NCBI GenBank assembly: GCA_029259185.1
Contig: JAPDJF010000006.1
Location: 1 to 47,940, forward strand
DNA: 47,940 bases
Reading direction: 5' to 3'
DNA from: Hadesarchaea archaeon
GTDB taxonomy: Archaea > Hadarchaeota > Hadarchaeia > Hadarchaeales > WYZ-LMO6
Within the stretch, counting starts at the first letter, position 1, and each line of letters starts with the position of its first letter. Below the pieces are notes generated by a model. That model ran no database searches. It was not told where the DNA came from and saw only the letters and a list, made by a program, of their open reading frames with translations. Positions 1 to 8,547 of this stretch are shown here, in pieces. The position numbers were made by a program, and so were the translations under genes.

Positions 1-641
1 CCATCACAATGGTTGAGAAAAGGGAGGATATTCCTGAGTTCAAGGGTACCTTAGGAGACTGGGTCGCGTTGGGATCCATAGAAGGGACACGGGAATTCGT
101 GAAGTATGCGCGCTCAGTAGTTGAAAAGGAAATACAGAATCACTGGGATAACATCGATGAGGGGAGAGAAGTGGTTTTGATGTCAAAGATGCTAAGAGAT
201 GAACTCAAAGCAGCCCGGAGGATATTCAGGTGGTTCAGGCTCGGGAATTATTACGCGTTGGCTTGGTGGGGACCGTTCAAGAGATTCCCCGACTACTACT
301 ACACGGCGTTGAAGATATGGCAAGATCTAGGGATAACGGAGGAACTCTCCATAGTTGGGATACCCGCGTATCCCTACTGTGGGCAACTATGTTATTACGA
401 GTTTGATAGCTACTGGGACTCAACCGATGAAAAGAACACGGAGAGGATAAAGGAGTTCACGAAGATAATGTACGACAAGATGCTGGACTTGGGGATCTAC
501 TGTTGGTTCAGACCCTACCCTGGAGTGTACGAAAGCACCATCCCGCGCTTGAAGGGATGTATGGGAGATTTGTGGTTAAAGATAAAGAGACTCCTCGACC
601 CGAACAACATAATGAATCCAGGCAAAGTATTTCCGGAATGA
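1..641 (+). CDS. FAD-binding oxidoreductase (GlcD/VAO-like), C-terminal part; probably begins upstream of the window
   Basis: Ends LWLKIKRLLDPNNIMNPGK (FAD-oxidase C-terminal signature); frame open back to the window edge; shares WFRP(Y/F)PG and DPNNIMNPGK with the paralog at 25024-26475. Confidence 0.8.
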   Translation, partial: ITMVEKREDIPEFKGTLGDWVALGSIEGTREFVKYARSVVEKEIQNHWDNIDEGREVVLMSKMLRDELKAARRIFRWFRLGNYYALAWWGPFKRFPDYYYTALKIWQDLGITEELSIVGIPAYPYCGQLCYYEFDSYWDSTDEKNTERIKEFTKIMYDKMLDLGIYCWFRPYPGVYESTIPRLKGCMGDLWLKIKRLLDPNNIMNPGKVFPE

Positions 642-676
642 AGCGAGTTTTTCCATGATCTACAGGGTTGGGAAAG

Positions 677-1711
677 ATGGGCGAGTCGGACAAGCTGATG
701 ACAGCTAAGGAGGCTATTAAAAAGTTCGTGAAAGATGGGTGCAGCATTACGCTTGCGAATTTCGCCACCTCCGAACCCTTTGCCTTAACCCATGAAGTAA
801 TAAGACAACAGAAGCGAAATCTCTATCTCATAAAATCCTCAAGTTTTATGGCCTCAGACCAACTTCTGGCCGCTGGATGTTTGAGGAAGATACTAACATC
901 TTGGCATCTCCGTATGTCCCCTACCTCGTACTACTCACCCATAGACAAGTTATTGAAGGAGAAAAAAATCGAAATAGAAGATTACAGCAACTGGACGGTG
1001 GCCGCGAGGACATTGGCGGGTGCATGGGGGCTTCCTTTTTTCCCCGTCAAGGGTAACTCCTTGTTAGTATCCGATATAGGTAAGATCAGGAGTTTTGAGG
1101 GTGAGAATAAGCTCAAAGTGATAGAGAATCCTTTCAACCCTGGTGAAAAGGTCGTTTTGGTTCCACCCGTGAACCCAGATGTGGCACTGATTCATGCTCA
1201 ACGTGCGGATGAAAACGGGAACGTTCAGCTTTGGGGTCCTCTGGGGGATACGGTATATGCGGCACTGGCGAGTAAAGTGATTATCGCCAGCGTGGAGGAG
1301 ATAGTGGACGAGGAGACGGTGAGGAGGTCTCCATTTCTCACGGTCATTCCTGAGTTCAGAGTGAACGCACTTGTCCACGAGGAGTGGGGTGCCCACCCGA
1401 TGGAGTGCTTAGGATATTACGATATGGATGAGCCATTCTTGGTTCAGTGGTACGCCCTTCTCACGAGGAAAATGATGGAGAGTTGGATGGATGAGTGGAT
1501 ATTCAGTGTGGAGAATAGGACCGAGTATATCGAGCATTACATTGAGCGGTTCGGGATAGAGAAACTTAACAAGTTGAGGGCCAAGAAGTACATGTCGGCT
1601 CCCGTTAACTTGGGATCGACGTTCGAAAGGGACATGGAAAAGTGGGGTATCGGTTGGGAGACGTTTGAACAGCCGATCTCTGAGATGGTGGAGTGGGAAG
1701 TGGAAGAATGA
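677..1711 (+). CDS. Family I CoA-transferase subunit A (glutaconate CoA-transferase GctA-like)
   Basis: KLMTAKEAIKKFVKDG, AGAWGLPFFP, PDVALIHAQRADENGN and WGAHP motifs; ATG 677 preferred over TTG 668. Confidence 0.85.
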   Translation: MGESDKLMTAKEAIKKFVKDGCSITLANFATSEPFALTHEVIRQQKRNLYLIKSSSFMASDQLLAAGCLRKILTSWHLRMSPTSYYSPIDKLLKEKKIEIEDYSNWTVAARTLAGAWGLPFFPVKGNSLLVSDIGKIRSFEGENKLKVIENPFNPGEKVVLVPPVNPDVALIHAQRADENGNVQLWGPLGDTVYAALASKVIIASVEEIVDEETVRRSPFLTVIPEFRVNALVHEEWGAHPMECLGYYDMDEPFLVQWYALLTRKMMESWMDEWIFSVENRTEYIEHYIERFGIEKLNKLRAKKYMSAPVNLGSTFERDMEKWGIGWETFEQPISEMVEWEVEE

Positions 1712-2649
1712 AAAAAATCAGAATAACCCCTCTTGAGATGCTTGCATATTCACTGGCTAGAGAATTGCGAGACAACGAAATAGCATTCGTTGGACAAGGG
1801 CATCCGATCGTAGCTGCTTGTTTGGCCAAGAAGTTCTTTGCCCCTAACTTAAAGATTCTGATGGAGGGGGGGATGTACGGCACCGAACCCTACAGACCAA
1901 ACTGGCACATAGCGGACTTGACGGCTTCGAGAGGCGCCCGATGGCTGACCGATTTCGCGGGGGTGTTTCTTGCCACCCTCTCGCGGGGGTTTGTCGATGT
2001 GGGCATCCTCGGAGCTTCTCAGCTCGATAAGTATGGGAACATAAACACCACCGTAGTCGGAGATTACTTCCAGCCAACCCTCCGTTTACCCGGGAGCGGG
2101 GGGGCTCACGAGGTGGGCGCTTTCTCGAAAAGGCTCTTGATCACGATAGCTGGAGGAAGATTCGTGAATAAGCTCGATTACATGACCACTCCGGGCTGGC
2201 TTGAGGGCGGGGACTCGAGGGAGCGGGCCGGCCTTCCGGGTGGGCCTGCAGCCGTGATAACTAAAAAAGCGATCTTCAGGTTTGATCCAGAAACTAAGGA
2301 GATGTATCTCGATGCTCGTTATCCTTGGGTTTCGGTGGAAGAAATAAAAAAAGACATCCCTTGGGACCTCAAGCTGGCTCCAGATGGGGTTAAAGTCGCC
2401 CCCTTGCCCACCGATGAGCAACTTCGCTTCATGAGGGAGTTCTCTCCCCTCACCGCGCTGAGGAGAGATTACTACATCATGGAGAAGATCACGGAGAAGC
2501 ACTGGATGTTAGAGCCTTCAGATGAACCCCTCATAACGAGGATAATAGAAATAAGGGATGAGGATAGAGAAGCCATCAAGAAGAGGATTCAACTAAAGCG
2601 AGTCGCCCGTGGTAGTTTCTTCAAGAAGGAAATCGAGAGATGGAAGTAA
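1708..2649 (+). CDS. Family I CoA-transferase subunit B (GctB-like)
   Basis: LMEGG catalytic Glu, DVGILGASQLDKYGNINTT, RLPGSGGA; ATGA overlap with the subunit A stop. Confidence 0.85.
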   Translation: MKKIRITPLEMLAYSLARELRDNEIAFVGQGHPIVAACLAKKFFAPNLKILMEGGMYGTEPYRPNWHIADLTASRGARWLTDFAGVFLATLSRGFVDVGILGASQLDKYGNINTTVVGDYFQPTLRLPGSGGAHEVGAFSKRLLITIAGGRFVNKLDYMTTPGWLEGGDSRERAGLPGGPAAVITKKAIFRFDPETKEMYLDARYPWVSVEEIKKDIPWDLKLAPDGVKVAPLPTDEQLRFMREFSPLTALRRDYYIMEKITEKHWMLEPSDEPLITRIIEIRDEDREAIKKRIQLKRVARGSFFKKEIERWK

Positions 2650-2913
2650 TTGTGCCAAGCGCTTCGCCGACCTTTAAACGGAACCTAACGTGGAGGGTAC
2701 CAATCACTGAGTTATGACTAAGCTAACCAGCGCGATCAGAGGTGTTCCACTATCATTTCCAAGGTCTTTTCAAGCTCTGTGGTCAGAAACTGAGGATCGG
2801 GTACCAGAACGCAAGTCAGCGATCAATCCGAGTGTCCTGATTGTACCTGAAGTTAAACCAAAGCAAAAATCCTATCTTAGCGGGTGTCTTTGGGGGCTTT
2901 CGTCGTTTGTCGA

Positions 2914-4785
2914 TTACGTGACCCGAGTTCTGACCAACTCTTCTAGACCCAATTCTTTAACCTTCTCTTTAGTCGGTACTCCATTTTCATCCCATCCGAC
3001 CATCCGGTAGTACTCATCCAACATCTCATCAAAAGTTTTGCGATCGATCACTTGACCTTGGGAGAAGCCATTAGGTAATTTCTCGGTAAAGAACCGTTCT
3101 GGAAGGGTGTCGTCTTTCCTGCTTATCCCAGCTTCCACGTTATACATTCGTTGCAGCGTCCAGATGCGTTCGCCTATGCGATCCATTTCTGGAGCATCGA
3201 TCTCCCACCCCGTGACCGCCGAGAGAATCGAAGCCATCAACTCTGGGGTGAAAACAATTCCTGCAAAGAATTTGCATAGCACGGAGGACTCCACAACTGT
3301 GTACCGTCGTTCTAGGGCGACTTCGGCTTTTACTTTTTCCAAATCCAGCACTTGCGGATCGAGAGGGGAGTCCACTGGATACATCCAAGTCATCGTGCCC
3401 ATATCTAGGTAGAGCATACCTGTGGTTATGTGGCATCCTCCTCTGTTCCCGACGGCGTAGGTTAGGGCCATTCCCTTCATCCCCCTAGGTTCATACCCAG
3501 CGTATTCCAGTCCTTTCGTTTGCATCGCGTACTTCTCCGCACCTCTCCCTATCCGCTGGGCGGCTATCCTCGATCCTTCTGCGAGTAAATCCCCAATCCC
3601 CTCCCTCTCCCCGATCTTCTTTACGAGTTCGATGATGGTTTCAGAATTTCCCCAGCTGAGGTCTAATCCGTCTGCATCTTCTCTTTTCAGTATTCCCTTC
3701 TCATAACATTCCATGGCAAAGGATATCACCCTCCCACATGTTATTCCATCCATTCCGTACTCGTTCACGAGTTGGTGGCAGATGGAGACGGTTTGCAAGT
3801 CAGGGTTCCCACATCCAGCCCCCAAGGTGTTTATGTGCTCGTATTCGGGGCCCCATACCACCATCCCCTTGTAGGGTCCAGATTTTATTCTGGATATCCT
3901 CCCACAAGCTATCAAACACCCAAAGCATCCACTCTTTTTGACCAACAAAGTTTTTGAGAGAGTCGGTCCGGAGAGCTTTTCCCACTCTGGGAAGAAACCG
4001 CTTTGGAAGTTTCGAGTTGGGAAAGCTGCTATCCCGCTTGTGAACGAAGTTACCGCGGCAGTTCCGTAGAGGGTAAGGGATCTCGCAAACGGTTCGGATT
4101 TCCATATCCTGTATATCTCATCCATGAGTTGGACTACCCTATCAAAATCAGCAACCTCCACATCGCGTGTTCCTCTCACGGCAATCGCTTTCAATCGTTT
4201 GTGACCCATCACTGCCCCGGCCCCACATCTTCCTGCCGCTCGCCCCTCATCGTTGATGATTGACGCGAACCTGACAAGTTTTTCACCCGCACGGCCGATT
4301 GCGGCAACTCTTATTTCTTCATCTCCGAGTTCCTTTCTTATGCGGGATTGGGTCTCACTCGTGCTTGTTCCCCAAATATTTTTGGCCGATCGTAATTCCA
4401 CGAAATCATCGTCTATCCAGAGATAAACAGGTCTTGGTGAAATACCCTCAACGATTAGTCCATCGTACCCAGCGAACTTGAGTTCCGGGCCCCAGTGTCC
4501 CGCCGAGCTGGACCAACCTAGGATGGAGGTTAAGGGGGACTTGAATACCACCACGTATCTGCCCGTGGGTATCCGAGTACCTGTTACCGGTCCTGTAAAA
4601 AAGAGGAGTTTGTTCTCCTCTCCCAGCGGATTGGTCTTGGGGGGTACCTCTTTATAGAGTATGCAACTAGCGAGACCAACCCCGCCCAGAAATTTCTTGG
4701 CGAGCCTCATGTCAAGATTTTCGATCGTGATCCTATCCTCGGTGAGGTTTATCCTTAAGATCTTTCCCATATATCCTCTTCCCAT
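2914..4785 (-). CDS. aor: Aldehyde:ferredoxin oxidoreductase family protein (tungsten/molybdopterin)
   Basis: GYMGKILRINLT, KSPLT, ELKFAGYDG, RAAGRCGAGAVMG-K-LKAI, CFGCLIAC, GPEYE, RGGCH, YYRMVGWDENGVPT. Confidence 0.93.
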   Translation of the reverse strand: MGRGYMGKILRINLTEDRITIENLDMRLAKKFLGGVGLASCILYKEVPPKTNPLGEENKLLFFTGPVTGTRIPTGRYVVVFKSPLTSILGWSSSAGHWGPELKFAGYDGLIVEGISPRPVYLWIDDDFVELRSAKNIWGTSTSETQSRIRKELGDEEIRVAAIGRAGEKLVRFASIINDEGRAAGRCGAGAVMGHKRLKAIAVRGTRDVEVADFDRVVQLMDEIYRIWKSEPFARSLTLYGTAAVTSFTSGIAAFPTRNFQSGFFPEWEKLSGPTLSKTLLVKKSGCFGCLIACGRISRIKSGPYKGMVVWGPEYEHINTLGAGCGNPDLQTVSICHQLVNEYGMDGITCGRVISFAMECYEKGILKREDADGLDLSWGNSETIIELVKKIGEREGIGDLLAEGSRIAAQRIGRGAEKYAMQTKGLEYAGYEPRGMKGMALTYAVGNRGGCHITTGMLYLDMGTMTWMYPVDSPLDPQVLDLEKVKAEVALERRYTVVESSVLCKFFAGIVFTPELMASILSAVTGWEIDAPEMDRIGERIWTLQRMYNVEAGISRKDDTLPERFFTEKLPNGFSQGQVIDRKTFDEMLDEYYRMVGWDENGVPTKEKVKELGLEELVRTRVT

Positions 4786-4788
4786 CTT

Positions 4789-5280
4789 TCACCCGCCTCC
4801 CAGGATCTCGCCGGCCAAGTTTTGTGCCGATATCAATTTTTGGGCTGCGAGGATCCTATTTTTTCCGCCGACTTGTTCTAATGTAGCGAGTTCAATCGCT
4901 CCAGTTGGGCAGGCTTTGGCACATTCAGGTTCGCCATCGCACAGGTCACATATCCGGACGGTATTTTCTTCCCGATCGAGCACTATCGCCCCAAAAGGAC
5001 AAGCGTTGAAACACCAAGTACATCCTATGCATTTCTCTTTATCGATTCTTATTCTGCCAGTTTCGTCGACCTCCAGTGCCCTTTCCGGACACGAAGTAAC
5101 ACATGGGGGCTTTTCGCAGAATTGACAGTTTATGGGCACGTAGAAGTAAGGGGAAACCAAAACGACCCTTATCAAGGATTTTTTAGGATTGTAGACCTTT
5201 TTCTTGGATTCCACACAGGCCAATTCACACGCTCTACATCCAGTACATTTATCCAAATCGATTTTCAAGTACTGGCGCAT
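4789..5280 (-). CDS. 4x[4Fe-4S] ferredoxin-like subunit co-transcribed with AOR
   Basis: Four Cys clusters: CTGCRACELAC, CQFCEKPPCVTSC, CIGCTWCFNAC, CDLCDGEPECAKAC; directly upstream of aor. Confidence 0.9.
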   Translation of the reverse strand: MRQYLKIDLDKCTGCRACELACVESKKKVYNPKKSLIRVVLVSPYFYVPINCQFCEKPPCVTSCPERALEVDETGRIRIDKEKCIGCTWCFNACPFGAIVLDREENTVRICDLCDGEPECAKACPTGAIELATLEQVGGKNRILAAQKLISAQNLAGEILGGG

Positions 5281-5339
5281 AGCTATATAGTTTTATCTTG
5301 ACGGATTTAATCCTATCGACAAAATCGGTACTTTAGATC

Positions 5340-7079
5340 TTAGAATTCTGTAAAGGGGAATCCAGCACCAGCGATTCTTATGAAGTTTTCTATTACTTCG
5401 CTCGGATCTCCGGACTGAATTATCATTCCCTCTTTCATGAGTATAACCCTGTGGGCGATTTCTCTCACGAAGTCCAAGTGATGGCTAACGATGACCATCG
5501 TTAGCCCCAACTCCCTATTTATCAGTTTCAGCACGTTTGCTATGGCGCGGAGGGTTACTGGGTCGAGATCTCCAAACGGTTCATCGAGGAACAAGACCTT
5601 CGGTCGGGAGAGGAGCTCCAGCGCTATGGCGAGCCTTATCCTTTCCCCCCAAGAGAGTTCATACGTTTTTCTCTCGAGCGTGTTGGATGGGAGTTTACAC
5701 AGGTTCAAGGTTGGTTCTATCGTCTTGGAGATGGCCTCCCAAGGGGCGAGGGGGAACAGCTCCTTCATGACCTCCCGATCGAGACCTAAGGTCTCAAGTC
5801 GGGGCCCTATTTCTTTCTCCGGATAGTCCGCTAGCCTGTAGAGAGCGTCCACCACTTCTTCTCTCAGTCCTAGCTCCCTCGCCCTAACCCTAGCTGTGGC
5901 TAGGACCCTCTCACCTTTCAACCCGACTCTTGCCATAGCCAATTCTTTCACGGTGGCGTGATAGGGAAGATCCATTTCTTGGTGGATTCTGCCGATTGCC
6001 CGCCGCGCGGCCATCGCGCGGTAGCCCAGTTTTGTTATGTCTATCTCCCGCCTGTCTAACTTGTAGATCACCCTCCCCCCGTCCGGAAGTTCAAGTCCAG
6101 ACATGAGTCTCAAAAAAACAGTTTTCCCAACTCCGGAGGGTCCAATGATGGCCAGTATCTCCCCCTCCAGAACGTCGAAGTTTACTCCTTTGAGTTCAAA
6201 GGTTTCCTTAAGGACTTCGGCATGATATTTCTTTTTCAACTCTCTGACTTTGATTATCACCCGTTTGCGCTTGGTTGGGGGGGTGAGCGGGATGGGCGGA
6301 TCCATTTGAGACAGGAACGAGTCTATTACTTCCTCGGCTGATCCATCATTCAAGATCTTTTTTTCAAGCCAGAGTACTCTGTCCGATAGTGATTTCAGAA
6401 GGGAGGGGAGATGAGAGGCCACGATGATCGATACATCGAATTCCCTCCGAACGTTTTTGATCCAGTCTATAGCTTGGTACTTCGTGGCCGGGCATGTCAT
6501 GGTTACCGGTTCGTCGAGTAGTAGAACGGTTGGTCTTCTTGTTGCTATAGCAACTTGTCTTGCCAACACGAGCCTCTGTTTTTCTCCCCCGCTCAAAGTA
6601 TGGACCGGGTGGGTGGCTTTCTGGTCGAGGGAGACAGCCCGCAAGAGTTTTTCGCTCTCCTTTTTGAGTGCGTGATATTCGTTTGAGTCTTCAGGTGGTA
6701 GGGGGGCGGTTTCATCTCCCACCGCGAGGGCGTTAAGCCTCCTCATCAAGTTTTCCAGTACGGTCCCTTCCCAAAGCCCGAAGGAGCGCTGGAGGTGTAA
6801 GGCTGTGGCTTCTCGCAGTTTTCTCAGTTCGGTCTCAGGGGAATCGGGAGTTATCCGACTTCCGCTTAACCATATCTCTCCTTTCTCAAAAGGCTCCACC
6901 CCCCTTAACACTCGGATCAGAGTACTTTTTCCACCCCCACTTCTCCCGATGATACCGAGGATTTCTCTCCTATGGAGTTCAAACGATACTCCCTCAAGCA
7001 CCCGGATTTTTTCCCCAGTCTCCAAGGTGTAGCTCTTATGTAGATCCCTTATTTGGAGCACCACTTCTCCGCTTTTCAA
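5340..7079 (-). CDS. atwA: MCR component A2 (AtwA)-type double ABC ATPase, lacking the Cys4 Zn motif
   Basis: Two NBDs (GRSGGGKS, LSGGEKQR, LLLDEP; GPSGVGKT, LSWGER, LFLDEP), HLQRSFGLW and IGRIHQE segments; no TM partner; adjacent to the marker cluster. Start placed at TTG 7079 (or GTG 7064), not 7328. Confidence 0.75.
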   Translation of the reverse strand: MKSGEVVLQIRDLHKSYTLETGEKIRVLEGVSFELHRREILGIIGRSGGGKSTLIRVLRGVEPFEKGEIWLSGSRITPDSPETELRKLREATALHLQRSFGLWEGTVLENLMRRLNALAVGDETAPLPPEDSNEYHALKKESEKLLRAVSLDQKATHPVHTLSGGEKQRLVLARQVAIATRRPTVLLLDEPVTMTCPATKYQAIDWIKNVRREFDVSIIVASHLPSLLKSLSDRVLWLEKKILNDGSAEEVIDSFLSQMDPPIPLTPPTKRKRVIIKVRELKKKYHAEVLKETFELKGVNFDVLEGEILAIIGPSGVGKTVFLRLMSGLELPDGGRVIYKLDRREIDITKLGYRAMAARRAIGRIHQEMDLPYHATVKELAMARVGLKGERVLATARVRARELGLREEVVDALYRLADYPEKEIGPRLETLGLDREVMKELFPLAPWEAISKTIEPTLNLCKLPSNTLERKTYELSWGERIRLAIALELLSRPKVLFLDEPFGDLDPVTLRAIANVLKLINRELGLTMVIVSHHLDFVREIAHRVILMKEGMIIQSGDPSEVIENFIRIAGAGFPFTEF

Positions 7080-7160
7080 TCTGATCCCTTCAAGCCGTCT
7101 TTTTCTGAGATTTAGTACCGGTGGATGTAAAAGCCAATCTCCTTTAAATTTGATGGGAAC

Positions 7161-8513
7161 ATGAAGAGTGTTTTGATCGTTTCTCCGGATGTATACTCCT
7201 ATGGCGCGATGCTGGTTGGTGGGGTGCTGAGAGATCGGGGATACCGGGTCAGGATAGCTAGGGGTCTTCATCCGAGTGATGTGGAAAAAAGAGAAATCGT
7301 GGGGTTGAGCCTCGTTTCGGTTTCCCACTTGTTAGGAGCAAGAGGATTCGTGGAGGAAGTGAAGAGAAAGGAGGGGGTAAAAGTTGTGGTAGGCGGTCCT
7401 ATCACTCAGGCTCCAGAACTCGTTTTCGGGATCCTTCCCCGGGTCGACGCGGTGGTGATGGGTGAAGGGGAAGACACTGCTCCTGAGTTGGTCAATGCTA
7501 TCGAATCCGGAGAGGAGTTAGAGACGGTAGAGGGGATAGCTTTCTTAGAGGATGGAACGGTTGTGAGGACGAGCCCCAGAGATCCCCCCGAGCTGGTTGG
7601 GAGGCCGCTTCCCGAAATTCCCTCCGATATAGGACACCAAGACATCAGAGGAGCCAATGTTTACGTAGAAACTCATCGAGGATGTTTGGGGAGTTGTGGG
7701 TTCTGTCAGGTCCCTTGTCTTTTTGGCCGCCACGTGCGCTCAAGACCCGTGGATGAGATCGTCGCAGAAGTCAAAGCCTTTAAGGCGAAGGGAGCACGTA
7801 GAATTTCCCTTTTCGGTGGTACTTCGAGTCAGTATGGATCAGACTCGCCTCCCCAAGAGGAAATGTTCGTGGAGATGTTAAGGAGAGTAAGCGAGGTGGT
7901 GGGGGCGAGAAATCTCTCCGTCCCTGACTTGAGAGTAGACGGAAATAGCGACGAAATCCTTGAATCCTTGAAAAGGTACACCATCGGATTCGTGATATTC
8001 GGGATAGAGTCAGGAAGTAACCGGATGTTGGTCAAAATGAGGAAGGGAATCACCGTCCAAAAGATCAGAGATGGGGTGGAGAGAGCGAAGGAAGCAGGGC
8101 TGGAGGTCGCAGGAGCGTTTATCGTGGGCTATCCGGGTGAAAGCGAGGAAGATTATCTCCAGACTAGGGAGTTGGTGGAAGAATTGATGCTTGATGACTA
8201 CACCATAAGCATAGCCGATCCGATCGTTGGAACTCCACTAGCCCAAGAAGTCATTTCCCTTCCCGAAGAGGAGATCCCGGTTTTCATGAAAGACGAAGGA
8301 AAAATTGGTTCCATCCATGGACTCTCAGTAGCAGAAGCGAGAGCTTTGGACCTGATGCTCACAGCTTCCTCGGCTAGGTCTAGACCTATCGTGGTTACGA
8401 ATGGGCTTTACGGGAGGTTCCTTGAAGAGGTGAAGAAGCAAGGTGAGGAGATACGGCAAAGTATAAAGATGTTAAAAAAGTTTTTGGGGAGGTGGAAGGT
8501 GAAAAGGTCCTAG
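7161..8513 (+). CDS. mgmA: Cobalamin-dependent radical SAM, MCR glutamine C-methyltransferase (MJ0865/QCMT-like)
   Basis: N-terminal SPDVYSYGAMLVGGVL B12-binding domain, IRGANVYVETHRGCLGSCGFCQVP (CX3CX2C), GIESGS; heads the MCR marker operon. Confidence 0.75.
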   Translation: MKSVLIVSPDVYSYGAMLVGGVLRDRGYRVRIARGLHPSDVEKREIVGLSLVSVSHLLGARGFVEEVKRKEGVKVVVGGPITQAPELVFGILPRVDAVVMGEGEDTAPELVNAIESGEELETVEGIAFLEDGTVVRTSPRDPPELVGRPLPEIPSDIGHQDIRGANVYVETHRGCLGSCGFCQVPCLFGRHVRSRPVDEIVAEVKAFKAKGARRISLFGGTSSQYGSDSPPQEEMFVEMLRRVSEVVGARNLSVPDLRVDGNSDEILESLKRYTIGFVIFGIESGSNRMLVKMRKGITVQKIRDGVERAKEAGLEVAGAFIVGYPGESEEDYLQTRELVEELMLDDYTISIADPIVGTPLAQEVISLPEEEIPVFMKDEGKIGSIHGLSVAEARALDLMLTASSARSRPIVVTNGLYGRFLEEVKKQGEEIRQSIKMLKKFLGRWKVKRS

Positions 8514-8547
8514 AGTTTTTTAGGTAGGATGATATCAAAATTTGATA

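Noticed and set aside
2650-3010. 98-aa ORF or RNA in the gap between the CoA-transferase and aor
   Set aside because: Overlaps the aor 3' end, with no motif or convincing structure.
7080-7328. N-terminal 83-aa extension of the A2 ORF
   Set aside because: Overlaps the divergent methyltransferase gene and promoter; ABC homology starts at VVLQIRDL.
7161-8513. Mmp10 arginine methyltransferase call
   Set aside because: Mmp10 has an N-terminal radical SAM domain and a C-terminal B12 domain; this protein has the reverse order and MJ0865-type motifs.
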